Assembly: GCA_964016885.1 (NCBI GenBank)
Contig: OZ024747.1
Coordinates: forward strand, 87,916,001-87,980,000
Direction of reading: 5' to 3'
Origin: Eledone cirrhosa
Taxonomy: Eukaryota
Length of the DNA: 64,000 nt
Part shown: piece after piece, positions 1 to 11,415 of the stretch
Position numbering within the stretch: the first letter of the stretch is position 1
Layout: each line of letters opens with the position of its first letter
Made by a program: the position numbers and the translations under genes
The notes under the pieces: model-generated
The model's input: the letters and a program-made list of their open reading frames with translations, nothing else
Databases searched by the model: none
What the model was told of the DNA's origin: nothing

Positions 1-73
1 GCTGCACTGGAGAAGACTTATCTAACCCATGCAAGCATGGAAAAAAAAAAAAAAAAAAAAAAAAAAAACTTAC

Positions 74-1786
74 CCTAAATTTTTCTTCAAAATGCTACGA
101 ATGAAAGATCCTTTCCTCTTTCTTTCTAGCCTCTTCTGTTTGTCTGATTTATGAAGCTGAGTGGCTAACTTTCCACTTTCTGAATTTAGAAAGTTAAGTT
201 CGTCACTGATGAACTGAAAATCTGGCTGGCTTTGTACACTGTCCAAATGACCAGATTTACTATTAGCAAAATGTTTGCCTGACACTCCAGTAGAATCTGG
301 TAATGTTGGCTTTTTTATCACAGAATAGCTAGGTTTTGATAAAATTGAGTCTTTTAATTTAATAATTTTCCTTTGAGACTGTAAATGCTTAGTTCTGCTC
401 CTCAAAGGTCTGGATATAGATTTAGAAGGAAATGTCTTTGGAGGAATAACAATGGTACTTCTTGGAGAAAGACAAACATCATTTCCACTTTCAGAGTTCC
501 CTGCAACAGTATCAGTTTTAGTTGAAGAGTCTTGATTATTTGCATATTTAGTCACTGCCTTAATCAGTGTTTGCTGCCTTTGTTGATTGAAGTTACCAAA
601 ATCAGATTTTTTGTTTGCTTTCTTAAAAGTTCTACAAGAAGAACCAGACTTTGATTTTTCTTTATCTACAACAGTAATGCCATGATTTGTTGGAGGAGAA
701 TGATTTTTAGATGAAAAATTGTTTATTTGATTAAGTTGGTTTTTATTTTTACTGTCTACTGGAAGCGCCTCTAAACCATTCCTTTTCTGGTTTTCAGGTG
801 TGTGAGAAACTACATTCACTCCTGTCATACCAGGAACATCAACATCATCTGAGTCTCTCTGATTCAAAGATACCTCATTGATTTTACCATCTTCTTCAAG
901 ATTAATGGGAAGATTAGACTGATTATTAAGATTAGTCTTGATTATTTTCTTCTCTGCTTCAGATGAAATCGCCTCTTTCTTCTCAGCTTCATTTAACAAT
1001 TCAACTGGTTCATCATCAATAGCTGCACTAAGATCTTTCACAGTTGACTGCACATCACTCACTGCTGTCTTATTCCCTCCTTCTGCATCAATGTCAACAA
1101 CTGCCGTTTGTACCAGACAATCACTCTCTTTATTCTTTATATTATTAGCAGGGGTTGAATCTGTTACCGTTGTATTTTCAGTTCCCAATAAGGTTTCAAA
1201 TTTGCCTGTTTGCTGTGCTGTAGTAGTAACAGGTAATTTGTCAGTACCACCACCACCACCACCACCATCATCTCTTTTATAATCATCTTCTGGAGGAGAA
1301 CAGACAACAAACTTCTCATTACCACTATGATCTTTACAAGATTCAACCACGATGAAATCAACTTCTTTATCATCCATACTGTTGGGTAATGTTCCACGTT
1401 CTTTGGAATGGGTTTTGGTAGGGAGAAATTTCTTCAGTCTCAATTCTGACTTAGTCTTAATCATATGAGGAGATTTATGAAATGTTGAAGTATTTTTATG
1501 AGCTTTCATTTCTACATAAGGCCAACAGATATGGTTTCTTTGAGAAAATGATTGAATTCTCCGTTTAATTTTATATTCAATTTGATAAAAAAATTCTAGC
1601 ATTTCATTAAATATTTCTTCAGAATCATTGCAGGAATTTAAAGCAAAATCTCATTTTAAAAATTGTGAAAATTTCCCTTAAGAGCAAATGTTCTCTCATC
1701 CAATTGCTATACATGTTCTCTCTCTTTTAATAATTCAAAACATGAAATAAACCAGGGTTAATAGTTGAGATCTTTTGTGATTGAAA
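74..1786 (-). CDS. Large exon of an unidentified gene: ORF 1602->74, ~510 aa Ser/Lys/Asn/Thr-rich, probably disordered N-terminal region; gene continues left of the window
   Basis: 1.5 kb stop-free ORF in AT-rich DNA. The apparent stop is part of a G|GTAAG donor at 73-69. A polypyrimidine+CAG acceptor lies at 1787-1810 on the minus strand. The true start Met is uncertain and no domain was recognised. Confidence 0.75.
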
Positions 1787-2281
1787 CTGTAACGAAAAAA
1801 TAAATAAAAAAGATCAGATTGCAAACATTTAAAAAGTTATAAATGATAATGAATTCCATTTTGATACCATATTTCTAAAGTAATACACTACCAATATATT
1901 TCAATTAATTTTGCAGAAATCTAATCAAATAATTAATTTTTTCATTAATAAACATGTTTTGAACATTGCTTAACAAAATGTTCTTGCATAGCTTTTAGTC
2001 TAATGACTGAAACCAGTAAAGGTATGTATGTATATATCATCATTGTGTAGTATCCCTAAATTACTTATTCCTACCTGTCGAGATCAACTTTGCCTTCCTT
2101 TATGATTATTACAATTAATATTTTTAAGGACCAATTTGCCCATGAGTGTCGTGCAATGAGAGTATTAATTAGCAACACTTAAAATTAGGGTCTCATGATT
2201 TATTTTTCTCTTCAATACTTTGGTTTCATTTTCATATTGGAACATTAAGACGTATGCTACAGACAAACCAATTTTATTATT

Positions 2282-2620
2282 GGAGGCACATGGCTTAGTG
2301 GTTAGAGCATTGGCCTTGTAATCGAAAGGTTGTGAGTTCAATTCTCAGACCGGGTGATGTGTTGTTTCCTTGAGCAAGACACTTTATTTCACATTGCTCC
2401 AGTTTACTCAGCTGTAGAAATGAGATGATAGGGACTGGGGTCCATATCATTCCACTGCAAAGTGGTCGTGCAGGTGACACGGCAAAAAAGCACCCAGCAC
2501 TCACTGTAAATGAGGTTGGTGTTAGGAAGGGCATCCAGCTGTAGAAATCAAACCAAAAATCAGTTCCCGTCCCACCCTTGCAAGCAGGGAAAAAGCGGAC
2601 GTAAAATGAAATGATGAAGT
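2282..2620 (+). mobile_element. tRNA-derived CORE-type SINE with RTE-like 3' tail (related heads at ~16935, 20916, 51523, 63325)
   Basis: A/B-box tRNA-like head (TGGCTTAGTGG...GTTCAATTC), CORE-like TTCCTTGAGCAAGACACTT, and a tail shared with the RTE LINE 3' end. Confidence 0.8.
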
Positions 2621-5600
2621 ATACACAATACTTTTGCAAAAAAAAAAAAGAAAGACGAAAATACGACACATAAACCTATGTTCCCCATAGCAATAATTTT
2701 CAAATCTTGTTTTCTTGCATAAATATAAATATTGTCATAAAAATGCAATGGTAATAGCAATAACATCAAAAAATGTAGTCACAATGTAAATTGATAACAA
2801 ACCCCCTCCCATTCTTGTGACCCTAGAGCCCTTGTCTCTTCCTTCATTTTCCTTTTTTAAATATCTGTAGTGTTGTTGTTATTTGAAATAGATGTTTATG
2901 ATTTTTTGATTTTTTGACTTTAACATTAAAATTTTTAAATGAACATCATTACAAATTACCATCTTATTTGGAGATAAACTTTGCAAGGGACAAGATTTCT
3001 GGAAATAAATAATAAAATAAACTCAATATGTCATAATAACCCTGTCCAATAATAAAAGTAATCGAATCACGTTGTACCAAAAGGAAACAATAATAAGTAG
3101 ATAATAAATAAATGATATATTTAGACAACACAAAAAAAACGATGTTTGAAAAAAAGATTTCCGTCAATTATAACGGTGGGTGTTGAAATATAGTAAAATG
3201 TATGATGATAGTTGATTGGTCGGACACTTGGTTAGTTTTGAATGTCATCAAATCCCTTAACTTGAAGGAAAATAATAAGAAACACGATCGACATGTATCT
3301 ATATTGTATAATACTACTGACTATAATTTTATTATGGACGTTGTATTGCAAGACTTATTGTGTATGTCAATAATAAGCAAATGTACTAAGTCTTTGTTTT
3401 ACAGAAAATATTTAACAGATCGATCACACTTGTCAATAAACATCAATGTAGTATGTATATCGATATATATTGTGGCATCTTGGAGGACATTATTCTGTTT
3501 AAAACAAGAATACTATTTACCTAAACAATTAACTCTTAATATACATTGTACACCCATGTATAAAAATGTCCCGAACAAAGATTGTTTCTGAATGCAGATC
3601 TAATACAGAATATGTGTGATCACGATCTGACGAATCTGGAGCCATTGTTGAGGCCTCTGGGAGATGTTCGATAGTTGCAGAGGAACTGCATATGCATGCA
3701 TGCAAAGCAAAGTATAGTTGCTTCCCCAAAAGAGAAAGCGAGTGATGTGTTCCTCGCGCCACTATAAGTCAAGTTATATGAACAAACGAAAGCAAAAGAT
3801 TTTAATTATATGCAATCACGAAAACTTATTATCATTGAATAAAAATACAACAACGATCTGGGCCCCATACAAATAAAAATGTCCTGCTTTCAATGCCCTT
3901 ACACTATTAAGGGCTACTCTCCGCTGACAAGTAAAACAGCTATACAAACATGTCTCAAGATATTAAAGCTTGTCATCAAAGATTGCATATATTTAGTTCG
4001 GATATTTATCTACATACCCGTAGCTCCAAAATATTGTCAAATTTTGAGGAAATAAATAAATATTAAAGAATTTCGCATGGTTTTGGTATCCACCATTTTC
4101 CTGTTATTCTACTGCCGCCACAGTTTCAGAATGAGGCTAAGTAAACATCCCGGTGCTAACCGGTAACGATCATTGCTATGTTCTTCAAGTAAATATATTC
4201 CTATACACAAAAAGAACGAATTATTTCTCTTAGTTTTGTGAGTGTTCAAATTATATTGAAATAACATGTAATTATTTAAATGAGATGTACAAAGTAAAAT
4301 ACAATACCAAAGATGCTCGTTTGTTCTCTTTATTTTATTTTTATAAATATTTTGGCAGGAAAATTAAATCATTATGTCTTAAGCACAAGTTCGCGAATTC
4401 AATCGTCACACGGCTTGCAGTATATTTATGAACCTTACAATATCCTATCCTAATCTCCTAAACCTTAAAAGCTCCATAGATAATTCAGAATTAAGCTTTT
4501 TTATATTCCATTCGTTTCCAAAAAATTATTGCAAAGGAAAAGAGAAACAAAACTTAAAATTTAGTTAATGTAATTATTACATGATCAATAAACTGTAAAG
4601 ATTTTTACAAAATAGATAATTATAATGTTCAACGTAGATAAATCGAATATTTTATTCTATAAGGAAAAGTCAGAACAGAAAATTATATTCCTCGAGAGTT
4701 CTTAAAGAATATTAATTTATGAGAATTAATAATTTGTTTGGGTTATTTCTTAATATTCATATGCAAGATTCCCGTACGGATTTTTATTTTCGATACCACC
4801 CTGGGAGATGGAGAAAATACATGCGCACAACAGCCTCCAACAAGTAGTCCCTTTCTCGTTTTCATTGCCAATATTAAGACTACGAAATGGACTTACAAAA
4901 ATGTAGTTTAGTAACACGGTGAACAAGATTTCATTTTCGATTTAACTATATTATTTCAATTACAAAGTGAAATAATATAGTTAAATCGTTTAGCGCCATT
5001 CAACGTAGTATAAGTCTACAGTATTGTTGAGTGCCAGATGAATTATCTGCTAATTTAATTTATTACTCCGCTAACCTGATATTTTCAAATATAAAGTCTT
5101 ATGCAAATGATGTAAATTTGCATAATACTCTATATTTGCTTATTGTGTTTTTTCTTGGTTTGCTTATGTGTATTAAATTTTGTATTTATGATTAATAAAC
5201 GAAATCAATAATAAAAAAAAAAGATTCTGAAAGAAAAATAGACAGGCATTCTCAACAAGGAATACTGGTGTTGTCCTATGAAATCGTTTGAGGCAAGCGA
5301 AGACAAACGATGACAATAACTTTGCTGTCACCAGCCCAGCATTCTAGAACAACACAGCATCCAGGATGTGGAAATGGAACGACTGTGTCGCTGGCAGAGG
5401 CGCCTACCTCAAGCCCAAAGGTATATGGTAAGACCATCGGGACTCATTGCACTAGATTTATGAACTACATGACGAAGGCATGTGTTTAATTAAAAATTAT
5501 ATTTTTATGAAAGAAACTTGAACATAATTCATAATTTTTAAATTTCCTCCTCTATAAGAGTAATATAGATATTATAAACTAAGGCAGTTCAATAAGCTGG

Positions 5601-6074
5601 GACGAACCATTCGCTTGTTTAGTTATTGAGTTGCAGTAAAAGCTGGAATAAAACAATTATCAATGGAATATAGAATTGAAGCAATTTGATTATTCATGAT
5701 ATATACAAATAGTTGCATATCTTTAAGTTTTACAGAATCCTACGGTTTTATACTTGTGATTAGATCTGGATGAATTGTCTAAATATGATTTTATTCTTTT
5801 TTTAAAATTAATTTAGCACTTCGTTTCATCTTGGAGGGTCAACAGACTAATGGCTGAAAATAAACTTCATATTTGAAGCTTCGTAACAAAAAGAAAAAGA
5901 AGGAAAACTTTGAATTATAAATAATGTTGATGAACTGATACCATTTATCTGATGAGAAAGATCTGATTGTTTTAATCCTTATGATCCAAGACTTTCTACG
6001 TTCCATTACTAATGGAATTATCGTAATATAAAGGTTGCTTTAGAGAAATAATCGCCCGTTAAACATTACGTGAT

Positions 6075-6210
6075 TATTTTATTATTTGCGGACAGGTATT
6101 TCGGGGGCTTTCAGGACTCAGAAGCCATTTGGGATCTCATGCCAGGAAGGAACAGACATAAAGTGCAAGAAGTGGTCAAGCTTTGTATGGAGCAAACGCC
6201 CTTCATATAA
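6075..6210 (+). mobile_element. Degenerate RTE-type LINE 3' end with C-terminal zinc-finger remnant
   Basis: Reads ICGQVFRGLSGLRSHLGSHARK*; layout resembles the 3' ends of the elements at 45700-45840 and 60360-60500. Confidence 0.5.
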
Positions 6211-6579
6211 TTATAGGCTAACTTTGCAATTCATCCATTCCAGGTCGATAAAAAAAGTATCAGTCAAGTACTGGAGTAGATTCTTCCTCTATTCCTCTTT
6301 CTCATATATATATATATATGCAGTACTAAAAAAAGAGGGGGGGGGTGCACATTCAGTCACAAGGAGTGCTGGAATTCCTTACTAATACTCTTTTTACGCA
6401 AGCCAACACACGCAGCATTGCAGCGAATGATAGCGAGGCTAATGCGCTAGAATATTCAAGCACCATTATAAGCCATCAACAATGACAAGAAAATCATTGT
6501 CAACTGCCCAGTTCCTTGAAACGTTTCGAACGTCACAGACTGAGAAAAATGGGGTTAGCTGAGGAATTTGTTTTAGGTA

Positions 6580-7045
6580 ATCAGAAGGGAGGTAGGTGTA
6601 AAAGCCAAACTCGCTGTCTTCAATTCGGTATTCGTGCCAACCCTTACCTATGGTCATGAATCTTGGGTAATGACCAAAAGAATACCATCGCGAATATAAG
6701 CGGCCGAAATGGGGCTCCTCCGAAGGTTCTTTGGAGTAACGTGACTCTCGAAGAGTGCGTAGCACGGAGATCAGAGTCGCTACTTCTCTGGATTGAGAGA
6801 TCACAGCTCCAATACTATGTCGCAGTAAAGAATTGCTGGACAGATTTTACGGCAAAACCAACCGGCATGAGCTCCAGGGTTAAATCCCGAGCAAGATGAT
6901 ATGGTTGGATAACGTCTATGAGCTCGATTGGTCTTGCTTGGGGAACCAGCCGGATCAATTGGAAACGGTTGCTTCTGATAGGACCTGCTGCAAGGAGTGT
7001 TTGAGGACTGTCCCTACGGGACAGGAATGGGGCGAAGAAGAAGAG
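6580..7045 (+). mobile_element. RTE-clade LINE 3' fragment with (GAA)n tail (same family at 15275-15660 -, 22105-22435 +, 34240-34340 -, 51030-51245 -)
   Basis: Frames encode PTLTYGHESWVMTKRI...QAA(E/K)MG, typical of the RTE RT C-terminal region; multiple dispersed copies. Confidence 0.8.
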
Positions 7046-7189
7046 AAAAAAATGTTTTGGTGTGTTTACTAATCTGACCGATAAGCTCGCAATCGCCCCC
7101 CCCCCCCCGAAAATCCAGCGGGTGCTTTTTTATACATTTAAATGTCTTCTTGTATAATATGCACAATGGTTTGAGAGACAGAACAAGAT

Positions 7190-7620
7190 TGGTGAGCCCG
7201 ACTAAAGCGTAATTTGTAGTATCATTGGATTGCCTTCAGGACACCGAGAAACGTCTGTATGGGCAATCCCGAACAACATGCACCACTGTCTGGTCAGGGT
7301 CCCCACAGCTAGGCTGTCTTTCATTTCCGATCGTTGGTGATGATGGGCTGTCCTGGCATGTGTTGTGAGGATCTGATTAAGGGATAGCCATTGCTAGGAA
7401 GGTTGAAGCTGGCTGGTTTACGTGTCGGGTCCTTGACGAGGTCTTGGTTGGCAAATTTGGACTCATTCCATGATCTTCGCCTCTTTTCCTTCATGATATT
7501 CATTGATTCCCAGAATGGTTTGCGTGATTTCAAGCGCATGTTGGGAAGGTTTTCCAGGTCTTCATGGATGGGAAGGTCGGGTTTGGACTTCATAAGAAGT
7601 GCTGCTTCTGGCGCCGCATA
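7190..7620 (-). mobile_element. I/Ingi/Nimb-type LINE 3' fragment with zinc knuckle
   Basis: Encodes LPIHEDL...RLKSRKPFW...DPT.KP..F.LP and CGDPDQTVVHVVRDCPYRRF. Confidence 0.65.
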
Positions 7621-9194
7621 TGAGAAAGAGTAGGCAGCCATTGAATAGGAGTAGATTTCAGATTTAAATGGCTGAGAGGTGCTTATCAGTAAACTCCGAG
7701 GATCCACCTTCCTCCCCACGTCCGTTTTCGGAAAAAGGGGTCGTTTGCGAGTGAGTCGGATGTCAGACCGGTCGAAAACAAATAATATAAACATAGAAAG
7801 AAAAAAAACAAATGCCCACCGAAGAAACTCTGAGGCTGTGAAAATCCGAAGACCCCCCCCCCCCTCTTATTCCATTTTCGAAGTCGATTGTGAGCATCTC
7901 GAAGCTCAGATTAGTTGAAAACACACGTAAAAACCTCGAAAAAAAAAAAATGTTTCTTTGCGAACCCCAGCGGGTGCTTTTCTATGAATTTACTAAAATT
8001 AGTTTGCCTATAGTTTTTAAATACATTTCTTTTTCTTTGTGTGTCACCTTTGTTTTAGAGGTTGGGGGGTTATCTAATTTCAGTATCGTTTTATGTGTAG
8101 GCCTACATTAATTTATTGTTAATTATCATTAAGTTTCAAGCAAGCTGGTGCTGAGGGTCCCACATGTTCTCTAGCCCAGGACCCCTAATTACATCAATTC
8201 GGCCGTAAGTATATAGTCTGATTCCTATTCAGTAAATACATCGCGTACATTCGTATGGTTTGTTTACAAAACTAAAGAGCGGTGAATTGGCAAAATCGTT
8301 AGAGCGCCGTAAAAAATGTCTTGTGGTATTTGTTCCGGTGTTTTATCATTGAAGTTTAAATCCGTTCATTCTTCCGGTATCGATAAAATCAAGTATTAGG
8401 TAAATTTAATCGACTGACTCCTACTTGTAATTTGTGGCGTTGCGTTAACATTTAAATATTTATTAGATATCTATTTGCATATATTAGGTCGACGAAACCA
8501 CGCGTTGCACCATGTTGACAAGATGGCGCAATGAGGTACAAGTGTTATAACAGTCATATTGAACTTTGAATGGATCATTCAATAGCAGAAACCGAAAACC
8601 TTGTGAAGGTATGCTAAACATTTCCATAGTCATTTTCACTTGTATCATTCTATGATTACACGTTGTCTTCGTTGATAATCCTCATTCTCTCTCTTTTTCT
8701 GCTGAATACTCTTATTGTTATGAGGAATAAGACATGTTAAAAAAATCATGTGGAAATGAAAAAAAGAGCATAACAATAATACATTTGTTGGGTGATCCTT
8801 CGTCTTATGTCTAGGTAATGCAAACAATAACTTGGACAGTTTCCACTCGCTTTCGTAATCACTAAACAGGCCATGTTATATAATACATTACTTGTTTAGT
8901 GAATACGAAAGAAACTAGAAACTACTGGTAATTTTTTTACGAAGCATAGTCCCCCTTTTATGCCGGTAATTTACTGAGTATGTATTATCTTCATATATTT
9001 TGGATGGAGCTTTACTCGTTTTGCTAATTCTTCAAATCACAAATAAATTAATAACAATACTCTGCAAGTGAGGTGATGTCATGTTTGATTTTTTTTTCAA
9101 TGTCATATAAAAGCGCACTAAACGAAATCGAAACCGTGATATATATATATAAAATAAAATAAGGACGAGTGGTTACACTTTCATTACGTTTATT

Positions 9195-9285
9195 GGTTGG
9201 TGACGCACGTTTCGCCACTTATCAGCTCAAGGTTCGATCTATATCGATTTAGCCTGACTCTGTAATCAACAGCTCGTCAGACCCC
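9195..9285 (-). ncRNA. Type I hammerhead ribozyme motif (Penelope/retrozyme-like remnant)
   Basis: Minus strand: GGU-CUGACGA-(long stem II GCUGUU...AGUGGC)-GAAA-CGUGCG-UC-ACC. Intact core and GUC site; stem I is short. Confidence 0.6.
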
Positions 9286-9458
9286 GGTGAATCTACAGTA
9301 ACTCCGTTACACTCCCTGGATATATATATATGTATGAAAAACAAGGGGAGAAGAATACTGCATGGTTGCACATGGATTACATATTATAAAATTAGTCCCA
9401 CATCAGTGATTTGCCAACCATCATTGGTATTTCATCGCATTATATATATACACACACA

Positions 9459-9561
9459 CAGAGTGTCCCCCCAAAATGTATACACACTTTGATTACCTGT
9501 ACAGGCAATTATTTATTAGAATGCTTTTGAAGTATGCATACATTTTGGGGGACACCCTGTA
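9459..9561. mobile_element. Tc1/mariner-type MITE (~100 bp)
   Basis: TIRs CAG(A/G)GTGTCCCCCAAAATGTAT / ATACATTTTGGGGGACACCCTG followed by TA. Confidence 0.7.
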
Positions 9562-9713
9562 TTAAAGTCGGTTAGTACTCTACTGACATCCCTTTCTCTC
9601 ACATACAAAATGAATTATTCTTTCTTGCATAATTGAAAGCAAAATTTTGTGGAAAGATTACTGGCGACAGTATGATAGATATATATGCCTTTCCCAAGGG
9701 ATGTCAGTGAAAT

Positions 9714-9980
9714 AAAGAATGAAACGAAATTTCATTTCTCACTCTTAGTACGGCTGATACCTAATACACTGTACGGCGAAATTCGGGCTGTTTGTTTACA
9801 AACAAACCGAATATTATAATAAATGTTCGGTAAACCCATACGTACATATATATGTGTGCATGTATGTATATATATACATACTACTGTGCTTCTGTACACA
9901 TATATGTATGTACGTATACATACTTATATTTAGGTATCAGCCGTACTAAGAGTGAGAAATGAAATTTTGTTTCATTCTTT
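9714..9980. repeat. Foldback element with 51-bp inverted arms
   Basis: 9714-9764 is the reverse complement of 9930-9980 with 1 mismatch. Confidence 0.8.
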
Positions 9981-10299
9981 TCCATATATATATATAACCA
10001 AAACAGTAATATATAATTATACCGAGAAAATGTTCGATTTAACTACACAAGGAGAGTATAGTTTTAGTTAAACTATTCTTAAAATAACAACAAACGGTGT
10101 TTTGTTGAACTGTTATTTATTGTGACAACCATTTCAATAACATTACAAATATGTTTTAAATATGTACATAAATAACATTACAAATGCGTAAATAACATTA
10201 TAAATTGTTCACAATTCGTTCAGAGGAACATTACAAATATAATGTCGTTGATAAACACATAAAAGAGGGAAGAAAAAATAGTGTAAGGAGGAACGATCT

Positions 10300-10790
10300 A
10301 AAATCCAGGTCTTGTTAGTCGCTTAACCGGAAGTCCATTCACTGCCGACTAGTTCAATAATCGGTCAATAGTTCGCCTTTACGACAATGCTTCACAATAG
10401 AATAATTCAACTTGTTGATTGGATTTCGTGTGGATTATATCGGGAGATAACTCAAATTATCCTGTCTGACATTTCTCATTCTTTAAAAACATAAATTACA
10501 TCCAGCTTTAATTTAATTGTAATCCTCTAAAAACACACCTCATTATTACGAAATATTATCGCAGCTTTCGTTTCATTAAGAACATTAAAACAAATCGATT
10601 TGACTGAAAATTACCACATACAAAAAACGGTAAATTTATAGAACACCCCACTCAATTTCAGTGTAGAAAAAAAACTTTTTACTCGTTTTTGTTTTCTTTT
10701 CGTGTGCAGACGATTTATTCCCTATAGAACGGAGGGGGTGGGGTGGTCCCTCCCTCGGGGGTTTTCCCTATAGATTTTTTTTTCTTTTTG
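10300..10790 (+). promoter_or_regulatory. Probable MOCS2 promoter / 5' UTR region
   Basis: ETS-type CCGGAAGT at 10327, local CpG enrichment, candidate donor ACG|GTAAAT (10630) and acceptor TTTTCGTGTGCAG (10709) just upstream of the MOCS2A ATG. Confidence 0.45.
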
Positions 10791-10791
10791 C

Positions 10792-10830
10792 ATGTTGTCT
10801 ACGAAATCGACCTCCAAACCAGTTGTAAAC
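10792..10830 (+). CDS. MOCS2: MOCS2A candidate first coding exon (MLSTKSTSKPVVN)
   Basis: Nearest ATG with a phase-0 donor (AAC|GTTAGT) joining exon 2 in frame. Human MOCS2A has a similarly short first coding exon. An alternative donor exists at 10825. Confidence 0.6.
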
Positions 10831-10936
10831 GTTAGTTTGTATGAAATTTGCGAAATATTATTTACCCCCCATTTGTACAGTTACTTCCCTTTGCTACAAA
10901 TATTTTTCACTATTTTTTTTCCATCTCTAATTCTAG

Positions 10937-11061
10937 GTGAATATCCTGTTCTTTGCTAAAAGTCGTGAATTAATTGGACAAAATAAAAGTGAAATCAGTA
11001 TTGCCCCAATATCTTTCACCACTGCTCAACTGACTTCCTATTTGCTAGAGACCTTTCCAAG
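10937..11061 (+). CDS. MOCS2: MOCS2A (molybdopterin synthase sulfur carrier, MoaD-like) exon 2
   Basis: ttctAG|VNILFFAKSRELIGQNKSEISIAPISFTTAQLTSYLLETFP(R)|GTAAAG matches the MoaD/MOCS2A N-terminal V.VLYFAK motif. Confidence 0.93.
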
Positions 11062-11219
11062 GTAAAGTGAAGTATTATCAAATGTCCCTGACGTTTTGAC
11101 TGTCAACGTCTGTGTTTGTGTCATTCTGTCTAGCTGTCTTAATACTGACATCTGGCTAAATCAACTGGGTGTTTCAGAGTTGACTGTTCTTCATTGCCAC
11201 AGGCTGTGCTGTATTTTAC

Positions 11220-11415
11220 TCTTTAGCATTTACATTACTTTATATTTGCTATTATATTTTCATGGTAAAGGCTTTATCTCACATAATATCAAATCTATGA
11301 GATTCTGATATTATTCATTTTGAGAACAATAGCTTAACATCAGTATGAGCGGCTGGTTTAAGCAGAAAGAGGTGAGAGAATTCTGGCCTGATACGGCCGG
11401 TTTAAATGCTAAACT
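11220..11415. mobile_element. ~210-bp piggyBac-like MITE family (other copies 13793-13974, 17445-17648, 20815-20915, 28960-29186, 30340-30572, 43972-44197, 53894-54109)
   Basis: TIR CCCTTTAGCATTTA...TAAATGCTAAAGGG, flanked by TTAA in the best copies; shared internal sequence. Confidence 0.8.

Noticed and set aside
938-1282. Plus-strand ORF overlapping the large exon (similar antisense ORFs over the LINEs)
   Set aside because: Antisense shadows of real coding frames.
2282-2355. tRNA-like sequences (also 20916, 51523, 63325)
   Set aside because: Degenerate cloverleaf continuing into a CORE domain: SINE heads, not tRNA genes.
5945-6000. CTGATGA followed by a GAAAG/CTTTC stem (similar CTGA-GA hits at ~3627, 31309, 42436)
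   Set aside because: No correctly placed GAAA, stem III or stem I, so not hammerheads.
6086-6385. 99-aa ORF preceded by an acceptor-like CAG
   Set aside because: Better explained as a LINE 3' end in another frame running into a SINE remnant.
8515-8545. YY1-like CAAGATGGCG with ATG
   Set aside because: The ORF stops after three codons and there is no other support for a start site.
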